Below, piece by piece: positions 1 through 9,405 of a stretch of 64,000 nucleotides of DNA. The notes under the pieces were generated by a model. That model was not told the origin of the DNA, searched no databases, and was given only the letters and a program-made list of their open reading frames with translations. The stretch comes from Escherichia phage vB_EcoM_01: sequence record PP129558; one strand, written 5' to 3'. The stretch's first letter is position 1, and every line of letters starts with the position of its first letter. The position numbers and the translations under genes are program-made.

Positions 1-236
<236 letters not shown>

Positions 237-682
237 GATAAATAAGTGTTTGTGTGATTTATAATCAGGTGGCCCACCTTGTCGCTATGTTGGCATGAGC
301 CTTGCATAAGTCATTGAATACGAATGATAATTATTCTCATTCGCATGATATTTGGGAATTGTCGCTGCGTGGACCTGACGGCCCGAAAATTCGCGTTAAG
401 CACTTCTTACGTATGCGCCATGATTTTTGCCATATGATATTGATTCTATTAGATATTCTTGCCATGATTGCCATGAAACAGGGTGTCCCGAAATAATCTC
501 TCCCCGTGGATATTTTGGGTTACTTTTTATACAAGAGTGGGGTGTCAAAAATAATCGGTATATATGGGATAATTGATAGGAATCCCCTATGATAATTCGA
601 TTGTAATTCCTTAAGATTGATCGTATGATGTTGGTGATTGATGATTGCCATGAAAGATGGCTAACGATGAGAGGAGATTATC
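237..682 (+). promoter_or_regulatory. Non-coding leader with repeated ATGATTGCCATGAAA-type motifs upstream of the first gene
   Basis: 15-nt motif at 464-478 and 641-655, related copies at 417-438 and 459-470; no ORF with RBS. Confidence 0.35.
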
Positions 683-1057
683 ATGCAAGAGAGTAAAAAT
701 GTTCCGTTGAGTAGTGCAACATTACTTCGCTTCTATAAAGCATGGATTGCCAACTATCCTGCAATGAATCGCACAACGAGTGGCTTATGTGGTTGTCTGG
801 TAGATTATGTAAATGATTTTGTTGGTGAGACACCTAGAGAAGAAGATAGAAAATGGCGTGATCATTTGTTGGACCGTTTGAAATATGAAATGAGGAAACA
901 ATTTACATGTGCAGGGCTGGACTACAATCTTCCGTTCAATGTGGATTGCATGGATTACCTTTCAGAGTGTATAAACTTGGCGTGTCATACCAACACGTTA
1001 CGTCTTCAGTGGGTGAAAGATCGGATTGAAGATGCAAATAATGCTTGCATTGAATAA
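683..1057 (+). CDS. Hypothetical protein; member of 5-copy paralog family (GLCxCL ... GL..PF ... RxxWVKxR)
   Basis: GAGGAG RBS; motifs shared with ORFs at 4886, 8106, 11403, 12708. Confidence 0.5.
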   Translation: MQESKNVPLSSATLLRFYKAWIANYPAMNRTTSGLCGCLVDYVNDFVGETPREEDRKWRDHLLDRLKYEMRKQFTCAGLDYNLPFNVDCMDYLSECINLACHTNTLRLQWVKDRIEDANNACIE

Positions 1058-1106
1058 AGATGTTTGTATAATGGATGACATAACAGATAGCCAATGAGGA
1101 GATGAA

Positions 1107-1316
1107 ATGAAGAATTTGAAAACTGTCACAATGTTCTTGACTGATCCTACACGTGTGCAAGCACTGGCTAAAGCCAGCCGTGTAGCTGTAGAATTCCAAA
1201 ACTTTAAGCCGTCCGTTGTGACAGGCAGTGAAACGTGTGTTATCGATTTCATTAACGAATACTTCCGAGGGAATCCGGTTGGTCGTTACTTTATTAAGGG
1301 TCTGAAGGATGCATAA
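1107..1316 (+). CDS. Hypothetical protein
   Basis: ORF with GAGGAG RBS. Confidence 0.4.
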   Translation: MKNLKTVTMFLTDPTRVQALAKASRVAVEFQNFKPSVVTGSETCVIDFINEYFRGNPVGRYFIKGLKDA

Positions 1317-1539
1317 TATGAAACGCATGAAAATTCGTATTGAGAATGATGGTGGTTATAAAGGATTGGCACATGCAAAATTTCCACTTGTGTTGGAAGC
1401 TACAGTGGAATACAGTGGGCTTGCTCATGTACGATTCTCGAAGATGATGGAAGTGCAGGAATGGTTTTGGGACGAGATAGATGCACGAGAAGGGGAAGAT
1501 TATGTTTTCTTTCCTCATGAATATAACATTGTTTATTAA
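1309..1539 (+). CDS. Hypothetical protein; C-terminal W-F-W-D-E-I-D...DYVFFPHEYNIV motif shared with ORF 5596..5817
   Basis: ORF; paralog similarity read by eye. Confidence 0.4.
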   Translation: MHNMKRMKIRIENDGGYKGLAHAKFPLVLEATVEYSGLAHVRFSKMMEVQEWFWDEIDAREGEDYVFFPHEYNIVY

Positions 1540-1542
1540 AGG

Positions 1543-1791
1543 TTGTGTGCAATGATCACACCACAACAGAACGCAGCAGCAATGGATCTTCTTGATAGTT
1601 TGTATTTCGATAATTGGTACTCTGAATGTGAATGGATGAATATGCAAACTCTGAAAGAGAAGACAGAAGCGTTGATTACAGTAGATCAATTTCTTGCAGA
1701 GACGGAAAGAATGAATTATGATATGGCATCTCGCGCACGACGCGTTTCCATTTTCAATAAAATGTTAGCATTATGGGGAGGTAGAAAATGA
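1543..1791 (+). CDS. Hypothetical protein
   Basis: ORF in dense same-strand array. Confidence 0.4.
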   Translation: MCAMITPQQNAAAMDLLDSLYFDNWYSECEWMNMQTLKEKTEALITVDQFLAETERMNYDMASRARRVSIFNKMLALWGGRK

Positions 1792-2249
1792 GACAATTCA
1801 CTGTACTGGCAGCTTATGTGCAATGTGTTCACGACTATGTTAGTGCTCATACAGGTGTGCTGGAAGTTACCAGTAAAATTGAAGGTAATATGGGTACTGT
1901 CTGTGTGCAACATACTTTATCCAATGTACCGTTTAAAGTGTTCACTGTTGTAGCTGCCGATTACAATCGTGTAGATGTGCGTTTCTTGGATCATAATTTT
2001 CGTAACGCGCTAGATAATATCGAAGATTATCTTCCCGTGAAACCTTTGTCATTTCCACCAAATCGTGCAAATAATGTAGTGACAAATCTTAATGAAAGGA
2101 ATGTGGCTATGCACAAAAAAGTCCGTCAACTGAAAACGCTGATGGAAATGCAAGAAGAGATTGAAAAAGAACTGAAAGAAGATTTTGGTATGCTTCCAAA
2201 AGACGCTTTGAAATGGTATGATGAGTTAGGAGGAGAGAACAATGTTTAA
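1788..2249 (+). CDS. Hypothetical protein
   Basis: ORF, GGAGG RBS, start overlaps upstream stop. Confidence 0.45.
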   Translation: MRQFTVLAAYVQCVHDYVSAHTGVLEVTSKIEGNMGTVCVQHTLSNVPFKVFTVVAADYNRVDVRFLDHNFRNALDNIEDYLPVKPLSFPPNRANNVVTNLNERNVAMHKKVRQLKTLMEMQEEIEKELKEDFGMLPKDALKWYDELGGENNV

Positions 2250-2691
2250 AGAAGGTCATGTTTACCGTTTCCAGGATGAAGATTATATGCGACTATATTC
2301 TACCTTTGATAACAGTATTGCTGCTATCATCGGAGAGAATTTTTTCGAGGTGTTGAGCACTGATGCAAATGGTAATATCTTGTCAATGGTTGTGATAGGT
2401 ATGAGGGACGGTATTATCACTGCTGGCGATGGGGATCGTTACATAATCAATTCTGCTCATATAGATTATTTTGTTGACGGCGGTGGTCGTGGAAAACCCC
2501 AAGAAGAGCCTGTTGATACAACAAAAGAAGAGTGGTATGTTGTAATGACTGGTGACACCTGTATCTCTGGATCTCAAAGTTATGAAGAAGCTTTGAAAGA
2601 AGCAGCAGAGCATAAAATGACTAATCCTACAGAAGAGGTTGAAGTTTATAAACGTTTGGTTGTTGCTACCATCGGCGTATCTTTTGTTTAA
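2242..2691 (+). CDS. Hypothetical protein
   Basis: ORF with AGGAGGAG RBS. Confidence 0.45.
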   Translation: MFKEGHVYRFQDEDYMRLYSTFDNSIAAIIGENFFEVLSTDANGNILSMVVIGMRDGIITAGDGDRYIINSAHIDYFVDGGGRGKPQEEPVDTTKEEWYVVMTGDTCISGSQSYEEALKEAAEHKMTNPTEEVEVYKRLVVATIGVSFV

Positions 2692-2703
2692 AAGGGGNNT
2701 NTT

Positions 2704-3141
2704 ATGTTNAAAGCTAATGCTGTTTACTGTTTCAAAAGTAAAGCTGCCTGTGAAGCTTTCTCTGTGATCTCGGATGAAAATTTCAAAATGGCAGCTTTGA
2801 TTGAAGGGTCTTGTTTTCGCGTCGAAGATGTTAGTGAATCAGGGTCTGTTTGCTCATTGACTTTATTGGACAGCGGGGATATTATTGAAGCTGGACAGTA
2901 TCCGTTCAGAAGTTGGGAGATATTGTTAGCTCGCGGAGAGCGTAACTTTTTTATGTGCGTGTCTGCGGGGGAAGTTGTGAAAGAAACTAAGGATGTTTCT
3001 GTTTACAATTCTGAATTTATAAGTTATAGTGAGTATCAACATCTGGAAGGCATTGTTGGTCACTTGTTATCTCTGATTGACATTGAATGTGACCTTCCTG
3101 AATCATTGAAAGAAGAGTTGAAAGCATTAGATCTGCTGTAA
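2704..3141 (+). CDS. Hypothetical protein (ambiguous bases near start)
   Basis: ORF; N bases at 2698-2709. Confidence 0.4.
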   Translation: MXKANAVYCFKSKAACEAFSVISDENFKMAALIEGSCFRVEDVSESGSVCSLTLLDSGDIIEAGQYPFRSWEILLARGERNFFMCVSAGEVVKETKDVSVYNSEFISYSEYQHLEGIVGHLLSLIDIECDLPESLKEELKALDLL

Positions 3142-3168
3142 TGTTTCGCACAACGAAAGGAGAATAAG

Positions 3169-3468
3169 ATGAATCTGACTGAACAGTTACGCCGTATTGC
3201 AAAAGAAGCTTCCTTCAACTTCCCTGTTGAAGAAGTGATCGAGACATGTTTTGCTGAAGCACGAGCGGGAAACTCTTCAAGAAATTTCACGCCATCTGAT
3301 TTTGGTCTGGATAATTCCCCTACCCACCCAGGGGCGATCTACAATCAGGTGAAGTGGATGGATGAAGCAGTAGCAATTCTTCGTGAGCGTGGGCTTATTG
3401 TTTATAAAGAAATGGATTTGAACGGGGCATACGAGTGGATCACTATTGATTGGTCGGAGGTGAAATAA
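3169..3468 (+). CDS. Hypothetical protein
   Basis: ORF with AAGGAG RBS. Confidence 0.45.
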   Translation: MNLTEQLRRIAKEASFNFPVEEVIETCFAEARAGNSSRNFTPSDFGLDNSPTHPGAIYNQVKWMDEAVAILRERGLIVYKEMDLNGAYEWITIDWSEVK

Positions 3469-3677
3469 TGGTTACTATCACATTGACAGTTACACAAGAG
3501 CAAGCAGAAGAATTACGTGATGCACTGGCATATATGGGACGCGCTTATTATATGCCTCACAAATCTCAAGATGTTTTTGCTACAGCCGTTGAGAAAGCTT
3601 TAAATAAATACCAAGAAACTCATGCCGTTCCTAAAGTATCAGCGGAAGAGTTTGGCACTTGGCACGAAGTTCACTGA
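3450..3677 (+). CDS. Hypothetical protein
   Basis: ORF with GGAGG RBS. Confidence 0.4.
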   Translation: MVGGEIMVTITLTVTQEQAEELRDALAYMGRAYYMPHKSQDVFATAVEKALNKYQETHAVPKVSAEEFGTWHEVH

Positions 3678-3687
3678 GGAGGTTTCG

Positions 3688-3921
3688 ATGAAAGGTAACA
3701 AGATGAAAGTTAATCAAGTGCCGAGCGCATACACTTTGTGGCTTGCACGAGCGTTACACCAGACGATCAAAAACCCTAAGAAGCCAATGAAGAGCGGGAA
3801 GAAGTTTATGTCTAAGGGCAAAACAACCTTTGGCTTCACTCGTATGTCTGTTAAGATGAAAAGACTGGGGTACAAGCCAAACTACGCTCGTTACCCTTCT
3901 GAATACAACTGGTTTGACTAA
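3688..3921 (+). CDS. Hypothetical Lys-rich basic protein
   Basis: ATG at 3688 preceded by GAGGAGG; table ORF 3622 trimmed to RBS-supported start. Confidence 0.4.
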   Translation: MKGNKMKVNQVPSAYTLWLARALHQTIKNPKKPMKSGKKFMSKGKTTFGFTRMSVKMKRLGYKPNYARYPSEYNWFD

Positions 3922-4019
3922 AAGGAGGAAGATTATGGCTACTTTTCAACAACTGAAAGATGTTTCACGTTTAGTAAGAAAAATCCGAGAAGCAGACGCT
4001 GCTGCTGTCTCTTATACAN

Positions 4020-4609
4020 NNNNNNNNNNNNNNNNNNNNNNNNNNNNNNNNNNNNNNNNNNNNNNNNNNNNNNNNNNNNNNNNNNNNNNNNNNNNNNNNN
4101 NNNNNNNNNNNNNNNNNNNNNNNNNNNNNNNNNNNNNNNNNNNNNNNNNNNNNNNNNNNNNNNNNNNNNNNNNNNNNNNNNNNNNNNNNNNNNNNNNNNN
4201 NNNNNNNNNNNNNNNNNNNNNNNNNNNNNNNNNNNNNNNNNNNNNNNNNNNNNNNNNNNNNNNNNNNNNNNNNNNNNNNNNNNNNNNNNNNNNNNNNNNN
4301 NNNNNNNNNNNNNNNNNNNNNNNNNNNNNNNNNNNNNNNNNNNNNNNNNNNNNNNNNNNNNNNNNNNNNNNNNNNNNNNNNNNNNNNNNNNNNNNNNNNN
4401 NNNNNNNNNNNNNNNNNNNNNNNNNNNNNNNNNNNNNNNNNNNNNNNNNNNNNNNNNNNNNNNNNNNNNNNNNNNNNNNNNNNNNNNNNNNNNNNNNNNN
4501 NNNNNNNNNNNNNNNNNNNNNNNNNNNNNNNNNNNNNNNNNNNNNNNNNNNNNNNNNNNNNNNNNNNNNNNNNNNNNNNNNNNNNNNNNNNNNNNNNNNN
4601 NNNNNNNNN
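4020..4609. other. Assembly gap (N run) with duplicated flanks and adapter remnants
   Basis: 3856-4006 repeats at 4630-4780; CTGTCTCTTATACA at 4007-4018 and ACACCACGTCTG at 4610-4621. Confidence 0.8.
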
Positions 4610-4708
4610 ACACCACGTCTGTTGTNNAGATGAAAAGACTGGGGTACAAGCCAAACTACGCTCGTTACCCTTCTGAATACAACTGGTTTGACTAAAAGGA
4701 GGAAGATT

Positions 4709-4885
4709 ATGGCTACTTTTCAACAACTGAAAGATGTTTCACGTTTAGTAAGAAAAATCCGAGAAGCAGACGCTGCTGTGCGGAATGCACTAACGCCAGC
4801 AGAGCGTGAAGATCTTGAAGAGGAGGTGAAAACAGCCGAGAATGCTTTTGCTGCGTATCTTTCAACACTGTATACAGGAGGTTAA
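4709..4885 (+). CDS. Hypothetical protein (5' end also present in duplicated flank at 3935)
   Basis: AAGGAGGAAG RBS then ATG; 59 aa. Confidence 0.4.
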   Translation: MATFQQLKDVSRLVRKIREADAAVRNALTPAEREDLEEEVKTAENAFAAYLSTLYTGG

Positions 4886-5200
4886 ATGTCAGAGGAACTT
4901 AAAGAATTTTATCAGGTATATCATAACTGGCTATTAGCTGGTGCTCCAGATAATAATCCTTTCTGGCATGATAAAGGGTTATGTAGCTGCCTATATCTTT
5001 GGTCTGGTGGTTATGATGACCTAAATTATGAAATGCAAATGCAATTCCGCGAAGCAGGTTTGTCTGAAGAATACCCGTTTGATGATGGGGATTGGTTTAA
5101 ATATGATTTTGCACAAAGAAACGGGCTGCTACATTTGAATGCTGCTCGTATAAAATGGGTAAAAGATCATGCCACACAGGAGGATGTGCAATGCCTATAG
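4886..5200 (+). CDS. Hypothetical protein; paralog family member (GLCSCL ... GLSEEYPF ... RIKWVKD)
   Basis: ORF with AGGAGG RBS; family motifs. Confidence 0.5.
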   Translation: MSEELKEFYQVYHNWLLAGAPDNNPFWHDKGLCSCLYLWSGGYDDLNYEMQMQFREAGLSEEYPFDDGDWFKYDFAQRNGLLHLNAARIKWVKDHATQEDVQCL

Positions 5201-5391
5201 TGTTTGTTTTCTTGGCAATTGTTATGGTGGTTCTTTTCGCTGCATGGCTTTGGGATTTTGACCCAGGAGCCGCGCAGCAAAGAGCTACAGACTTGAAAGA
5301 ACAATGTATTGTGCTCAAACATGAACGAAATGCGGAGAAATTTCTTGACCTGGAGTGTGATCGCCTTGTAAGATACAAGCAAGATAAATAA
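5191..5391 (+). CDS. Hypothetical small membrane protein
   Basis: Hydrophobic N-terminus IVFVFLAIVMVVLFAAWLW; AGGAGG RBS. Confidence 0.35.
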   Translation: MPIVFVFLAIVMVVLFAAWLWDFDPGAAQQRATDLKEQCIVLKHERNAEKFLDLECDRLVRYKQDK

Positions 5392-5405
5392 CCTTGAGGT
5401 GCAAA

Positions 5406-5594
5406 ATGGTAATTGAGATTAAACTTGAACATGCTGGGGCTGTTGCCTTGATCGCACAAATGCTTGGAGCAAAGATTGAAGAAGTGTATATCAACGCCTG
5501 GAGCGTAGAGATTGATGTTCCTATGGACAACATTGCTAATCGCTTGCTGGTGGCAGAGTGTGAACGCACCAACATAATCTACAAAGGAGCATAA
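5406..5594 (+). CDS. Hypothetical protein
   Basis: ORF with GAGGTG RBS. Confidence 0.35.
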   Translation: MVIEIKLEHAGAVALIAQMLGAKIEEVYINAWSVEIDVPMDNIANRLLVAECERTNIIYKGA

Positions 5595-5595
5595 T

Positions 5596-5817
5596 ATGAA
5601 AATTAGAGTTTGTGATGTATTGGGTTATGTTGGTTTTGAGAATGTTCAGATTCCTTTTGTTGTTGAAGCACATCTTGTTAGTGAGGATATGACAACATTC
5701 TTTGTTACGATAGAAGAAATGTCCAAAGTTGAGGGATGGGAGTGGTTTGAAGAAGATGTTTGGGAAGGTTGTGATTACGTATTTTTCTCTGACGAAGTGA
5801 ATGTTCTTGCGGAGTAG
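5596..5817 (+). CDS. Hypothetical protein; C-terminal DYVFF motif paralog of ORF 1309
   Basis: ORF with AAGGAG RBS. Confidence 0.4.
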   Translation: MKIRVCDVLGYVGFENVQIPFVVEAHLVSEDMTTFFVTIEEMSKVEGWEWFEEDVWEGCDYVFFSDEVNVLAE

Positions 5818-5819
5818 GT

Positions 5820-6026
5820 ATGTCTTGTTTTACAAAAGCAGTATCCATATGTAAGAAACAGTATGAAAGTGATTACGGAATATTTAATATTCCAGTAGAT
5901 CATACAGTGTATTGTTCATGTGGTAGCAGAATGAAGAAAACAGTGATTTATGCGGATAATGGAGATGAACTTGTTCCAGTTATGGTTTGCAAAGCTTGTC
6001 ATTCTGTTAAAACATTAAAAGCGTAA
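5820..6026 (+). CDS. Hypothetical small Cys-rich (zinc-ribbon-like) protein
   Basis: CSCGS ... CKACHS spacing. Confidence 0.4.
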   Translation: MSCFTKAVSICKKQYESDYGIFNIPVDHTVYCSCGSRMKKTVIYADNGDELVPVMVCKACHSVKTLKA

Positions 6027-6121
6027 GGAGTCGGGACACCCGACGATTGGAGCTAAAAATTTTGCGTACAACCCTTTCCGCCCAACAGGGGCGCGTCGGG
6101 TAAATAAAGAGGAGAGTTTAT

Positions 6122-6520
6122 ATGAAAAAGATCATTGTAGGTTTATTGCTACTCGTTGCATCACTTGGAACAGCAAATGCGTCTCAAGTTTATGAGTGTG
6201 TGTCAGATGTGGTTGTTAAAAATCTGAAAGGTGAAGTGATTTCTGGTCCTAAGAAAATGGCTTCTGTTGTCATTAATAAAGATAACTCCTTTATCCTTAA
6301 AAATTCAGGTGGTGCTTTGATGAGTGGCATTCTGCAATACACAGGAGAAAAAAGTAAAGATGGTAGTGCTATGTACGGTTCACAACAATTTATTGGCACT
6401 ACTGAAGTAGTAATGATGCGCACAGAGTATCGAGACACTTTGGCTTGGTTTGCATTTCTAAAAAATGATAAAACAATAACGAATGTTCTTACTCTAGAAG
6501 CTGATTGTACGCAACGATAA
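6122..6520 (+). CDS. Hypothetical secreted protein with N-terminal signal peptide
   Basis: MKKIIVGLLLLVASLGTANA signal-like N-terminus; GAGGAG RBS. Confidence 0.5.
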   Translation: MKKIIVGLLLLVASLGTANASQVYECVSDVVVKNLKGEVISGPKKMASVVINKDNSFILKNSGGALMSGILQYTGEKSKDGSAMYGSQQFIGTTEVVMMRTEYRDTLAWFAFLKNDKTITNVLTLEADCTQR

Positions 6521-6529
6521 GGGGGATTT

Positions 6530-6976
6530 ATGACTAAAATGAGACATTACGCTGTAAACTGCAACGATGTTTGGCGTTTGTGTCCTGATGATCCGACAGA
6601 AGGCACATTTGTAAGATATGAGGATTATAAAGAGTTATCGGATGCTGTAGTCGCATTGTTAACAGATATCCGTTCACGTTATCCAGGACAAGATTTCACT
6701 TGCCCTCACATCAAACTTCTTGCCCTTCTGGTAGAAGGTGAGAAAGAAGTGGAAGATGGCTTCAAGCGTGTAGAGTATCAAGGTGAAACTTTAGAGGTTC
6801 CTGAATTTGTTAATTATATTGCAACAGATTCGAGTGGCGAGCGTTATGGCTACAGCCATAAGCCAGAGATTCCTGATTGGATTCCCGCTTGGAGATATTC
6901 CGTTAGTACCGGAGACTATATCTTCCTTGGTGTAGGTAGTAGTAAGGATTGGCGTTTCTCTTTGACAGAGGTTTAA
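6530..6976 (+). CDS. Hypothetical protein
   Basis: ORF with GGGGG RBS. Confidence 0.45.
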   Translation: MTKMRHYAVNCNDVWRLCPDDPTEGTFVRYEDYKELSDAVVALLTDIRSRYPGQDFTCPHIKLLALLVEGEKEVEDGFKRVEYQGETLEVPEFVNYIATDSSGERYGYSHKPEIPDWIPAWRYSVSTGDYIFLGVGSSKDWRFSLTEV

Positions 6977-6980
6977 TAAT

Positions 6981-7244
6981 ATGAAAGAGACATTGCCAGC
7001 AGCATACCGTTTGAATGATGAACGTATTTGGGAGTGGACCGACGTTTCTTGTTTTTACCCTGAAATAGTTCAATATTGGCGAGCAAAAGGGTGTGTTGTA
7101 GTTATCAACCCTTGTGGACCAGTGGATGAAGATTGCTTGTATCTCGATGGAAAGTGGCACAGTTATTGTCGCTGGCCTTTTGAGTGGATGTGTAAAGAAG
7201 ATCTCCCAGAGGGTTGGGAGTATCCAAAAGCAAATAGGAGATAA
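6981..7244 (+). CDS. Hypothetical protein
   Basis: ORF. Confidence 0.4.
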   Translation: MKETLPAAYRLNDERIWEWTDVSCFYPEIVQYWRAKGCVVVINPCGPVDEDCLYLDGKWHSYCRWPFEWMCKEDLPEGWEYPKANRR

Positions 7245-7245
7245 T

Positions 7246-7608
7246 ATGTCTAAAGATTTTGTTGAAGTGTTTGTCAAAGATGAAGAAACTGGTTTAGGCA
7301 CGGGTTTCATTTGTGAAGAAACTTTTAAACGTGAACAAGAAAAAGCTATCCTTATGCGAAACTATGATCATGCATTAGAACAATGGAAAAATGCAGAACA
7401 AAAATGCAAAAACCTTTATGCAGAAAATAGAAAACTACAAGATCAAATGGAGTTGTTAGCTATCAGTTTACGATCTCTCATTTTGGCTGTAGAAGACGGT
7501 TTTAAAAATCCAGATGGTTTTCCTGTGAGCGATATTGAACATGATTTGTATCTTGCTCGTGGTGCTTACTTTTATGTTAAACAGAAGTCTGTAGAAGGAG
7601 AGAAGTGA
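7246..7608 (+). CDS. Hypothetical protein
   Basis: ATG at 7246 after GGAGA RBS; table ORF 7114 trimmed. Confidence 0.45.
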   Translation: MSKDFVEVFVKDEETGLGTGFICEETFKREQEKAILMRNYDHALEQWKNAEQKCKNLYAENRKLQDQMELLAISLRSLILAVEDGFKNPDGFPVSDIEHDLYLARGAYFYVKQKSVEGEK

Positions 7609-7805
7609 TGGAAGAAAAACTGGAACGTATTATCGAGTTAGCCATGTCTATTGGCTACGACGATTGTTTTCTCCAAACTATTGGAGAAACACAGAACGAT
7701 TACGACTCTTGGGTGAAAGAGTTGGAAGAACTCAAAACTTCCTTGATTGCTGACTTTGCTGAAGCCGAGGATAAAGCAGATCGTTACAACTATCTGTGTC
7801 GATAA
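7608..7805 (+). CDS. Hypothetical protein
   Basis: ORF with GAAGGAGAG RBS. Confidence 0.4.
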   Translation: MEEKLERIIELAMSIGYDDCFLQTIGETQNDYDSWVKELEELKTSLIADFAEAEDKADRYNYLCR

Positions 7806-7808
7806 ACC

Positions 7809-7836
7809 TTGACATTTATTTTATGTATGGTATACA
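7809..7836 (+). promoter_or_regulatory. Sigma70-like promoter (TTGACA-N16-TATACA)
   Basis: Consensus -35 with AT-rich -10 upstream of gene 7868. Confidence 0.45.
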
Positions 7837-7867
7837 TACATTATCAACGTGAGCAAGGTGGTGTAAT

Positions 7868-8140
7868 ATGAATAAAGATCGGTTTCTTTCTTTAGTCGCG
7901 GAAGCTCCTTTTGATGTTCTTGGGGTGAGATTATGGAAAGACAGAAACTATGGGTTAGATGTTCAAACATACTCTCTTTGGTTGGTTGGGGAGCACAGCT
8001 TAGATGAAAGCTTGTGCATGGGTAGGGATTCTCGTTCCCTCTGTTTAAAGTTCAGAAGCTTAGAACGCGCAAACAAAGAGCAAGAAAAACTAACGAGGTG
8101 GCTAAATGAAAACAAGCACAAGGTTGATGGAGTTTTATAA
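7868..8140 (+). CDS. Hypothetical protein
   Basis: ORF downstream of promoter. Confidence 0.4.
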   Translation: MNKDRFLSLVAEAPFDVLGVRLWKDRNYGLDVQTYSLWLVGEHSLDESLCMGRDSRSLCLKFRSLERANKEQEKLTRWLNENKHKVDGVL

Positions 8141-8432
8141 AATTTATCTAGCATGGATTGATGTTGGTGCTCCTGATGGTAAACCTTTTCGGCGGGATTG
8201 TGGTTTGTGTGCCAACTTGTTCGATTATGTGCACAGAGGTAATTACAACCCCATTATAACAACCTTGTCAGATGAAATGCACGCACAGTTTTACCACAAA
8301 GGGTTGAGTCAAGCACTCCCTTTCAATGAGAACTACGATGCATATATCTTAGAATCAGATGCAGAGGTATGTCACCTGAACGTGGACAGGATTAATTGGG
8401 TAAGAGATCGTATTGCAGAGGAGGATGAATAA
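8106..8432 (+). CDS. Hypothetical protein; paralog family member (GLCANL ... GLSQALPF ... RINWVRDR)
   Basis: ORF; family motifs. Confidence 0.5.
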   Translation: MKTSTRLMEFYKIYLAWIDVGAPDGKPFRRDCGLCANLFDYVHRGNYNPIITTLSDEMHAQFYHKGLSQALPFNENYDAYILESDAEVCHLNVDRINWVRDRIAEEDE

Positions 8433-8659
8433 TGTCGGATTATAACTGGTATGAACTTGAGGCTGTTTGTCAGTTTTATGACTCAATAGTTCTGCGTGAT
8501 CCAATCTGTCAAGAATTGAGTCGCCGTGCAAGTGCATTGGCAATCCGTGTTAAAATAAACGGTTGGAACGCAGATTTGGAAAAAGAGTTGGAATTTCTCT
8601 TAGAAAACACGCGGGTCTTCCGCAAAGTGTTCCCTGAATGGTTTGAGATGGAAGAATGA
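8432..8659 (+). CDS. Hypothetical protein
   Basis: ORF with GAGGAGG RBS. Confidence 0.4.
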   Translation: MSDYNWYELEAVCQFYDSIVLRDPICQELSRRASALAIRVKINGWNADLEKELEFLLENTRVFRKVFPEWFEMEE

Positions 8660-8877
8660 TCATGTGGATTGTGCGTCTTAAGTATGATGGCCCTAATCCT
8701 TGGGTGAGAACAGTTTGCGGATGTGATACTAAAGAGTCAGCAGATAAAGCTGGAAGAATGATAAGTGCCTTTTATAATAGTAAACCTCTTTGTTTAGAAA
8801 TGTCTGGTGTGGTTTGTATGAGCATGTTCGAATACTACTCTTATGAGATCAAAGAACACCAAGGGGAATGGAAATAA
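8656..8877 (+). CDS. Hypothetical protein
   Basis: ORF overlapping upstream stop. Confidence 0.4.
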   Translation: MIMWIVRLKYDGPNPWVRTVCGCDTKESADKAGRMISAFYNSKPLCLEMSGVVCMSMFEYYSYEIKEHQGEWK

Positions 8878-8881
8878 ATAG

Positions 8882-8910
8882 TTGACAGAAGGATCTGTCT
8901 TTGTCATAAT
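8882..8910 (+). promoter_or_regulatory. Sigma70-like promoter (TTGACA-N17-CATAAT)
   Basis: Motif upstream of gene 8940. Confidence 0.45.
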
Positions 8911-8939
8911 CATCTCATCGAAACAAAGAGGAGAAAATC

Positions 8940-9395
8940 ATGAAAAAATTTATTTGCACCCGTTCCACTAACAGTGATATCCTTGTAGGTAAGGTTATCA
9001 AAGGAGAACTCTTCCATGCAAACGGTAAGAAATATATTCTGCTGAAAGATTCTTTCAACGGGGAATATCCGCGCTGCACTTTCTTCAATTACAACACTCC
9101 ATTTGCTTTAGAAGGAGATGCTTGGGACTGGGCTGAACTTCATCCTTTCTGTGAAGATGGACAGACAGAAGAGCAGGAAGAATCTACGGGAAGTTTACGT
9201 GATAAACTGCGTAATAAAGCACTGCAAGCAAATTCCCATTTTACTGAAATGGTAGACGCCGTTCTATTAGAGANNNAAGANNGNGCAAATGTTGTAGCTA
9301 CAATGCTACGTGCAAAAGGTTTGGATGTAACATTGGCAACCGCAGAGCACAGTATTTTTGGGATTATCAAACACATCGTTATTAGTTGGAACTAA
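8940..9395 (+). CDS. Hypothetical protein (contains ambiguous bases)
   Basis: ORF with GAGGAG RBS. Confidence 0.45.
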   Translation: MKKFICTRSTNSDILVGKVIKGELFHANGKKYILLKDSFNGEYPRCTFFNYNTPFALEGDAWDWAELHPFCEDGQTEEQEESTGSLRDKLRNKALQANSHFTEMVDAVLLEXXXXANVVATMLRAKGLDVTLATAEHSIFGIIKHIVISWN

Positions 9396-9405
9396 AGGAG
9401 AGAAT

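Noticed and set aside
302-496. 64-aa ORF in the leader region
   Set aside because: No RBS, it lies within the repeat-bearing non-coding leader, and its composition is unlike neighbouring genes.
936-1689. Antisense ORFs 936..1328, 998..1252, 1294..1689 (-) within the plus-strand gene block
   Set aside because: They overlap RBS-supported plus-strand genes, lack SD sequences, and are typical AT-rich antisense reading-frame noise; same for 10466..10810, 12213..12630, 33134..33556 and 40500..40951.
3914-4726. Long ORFs (3914..4633 +, 3939..4649 -, 3971..4726 -) translated mostly as X across the N run
   Set aside because: They exist only because N runs lack stop codons; the flanks are duplicated assembly sequence.
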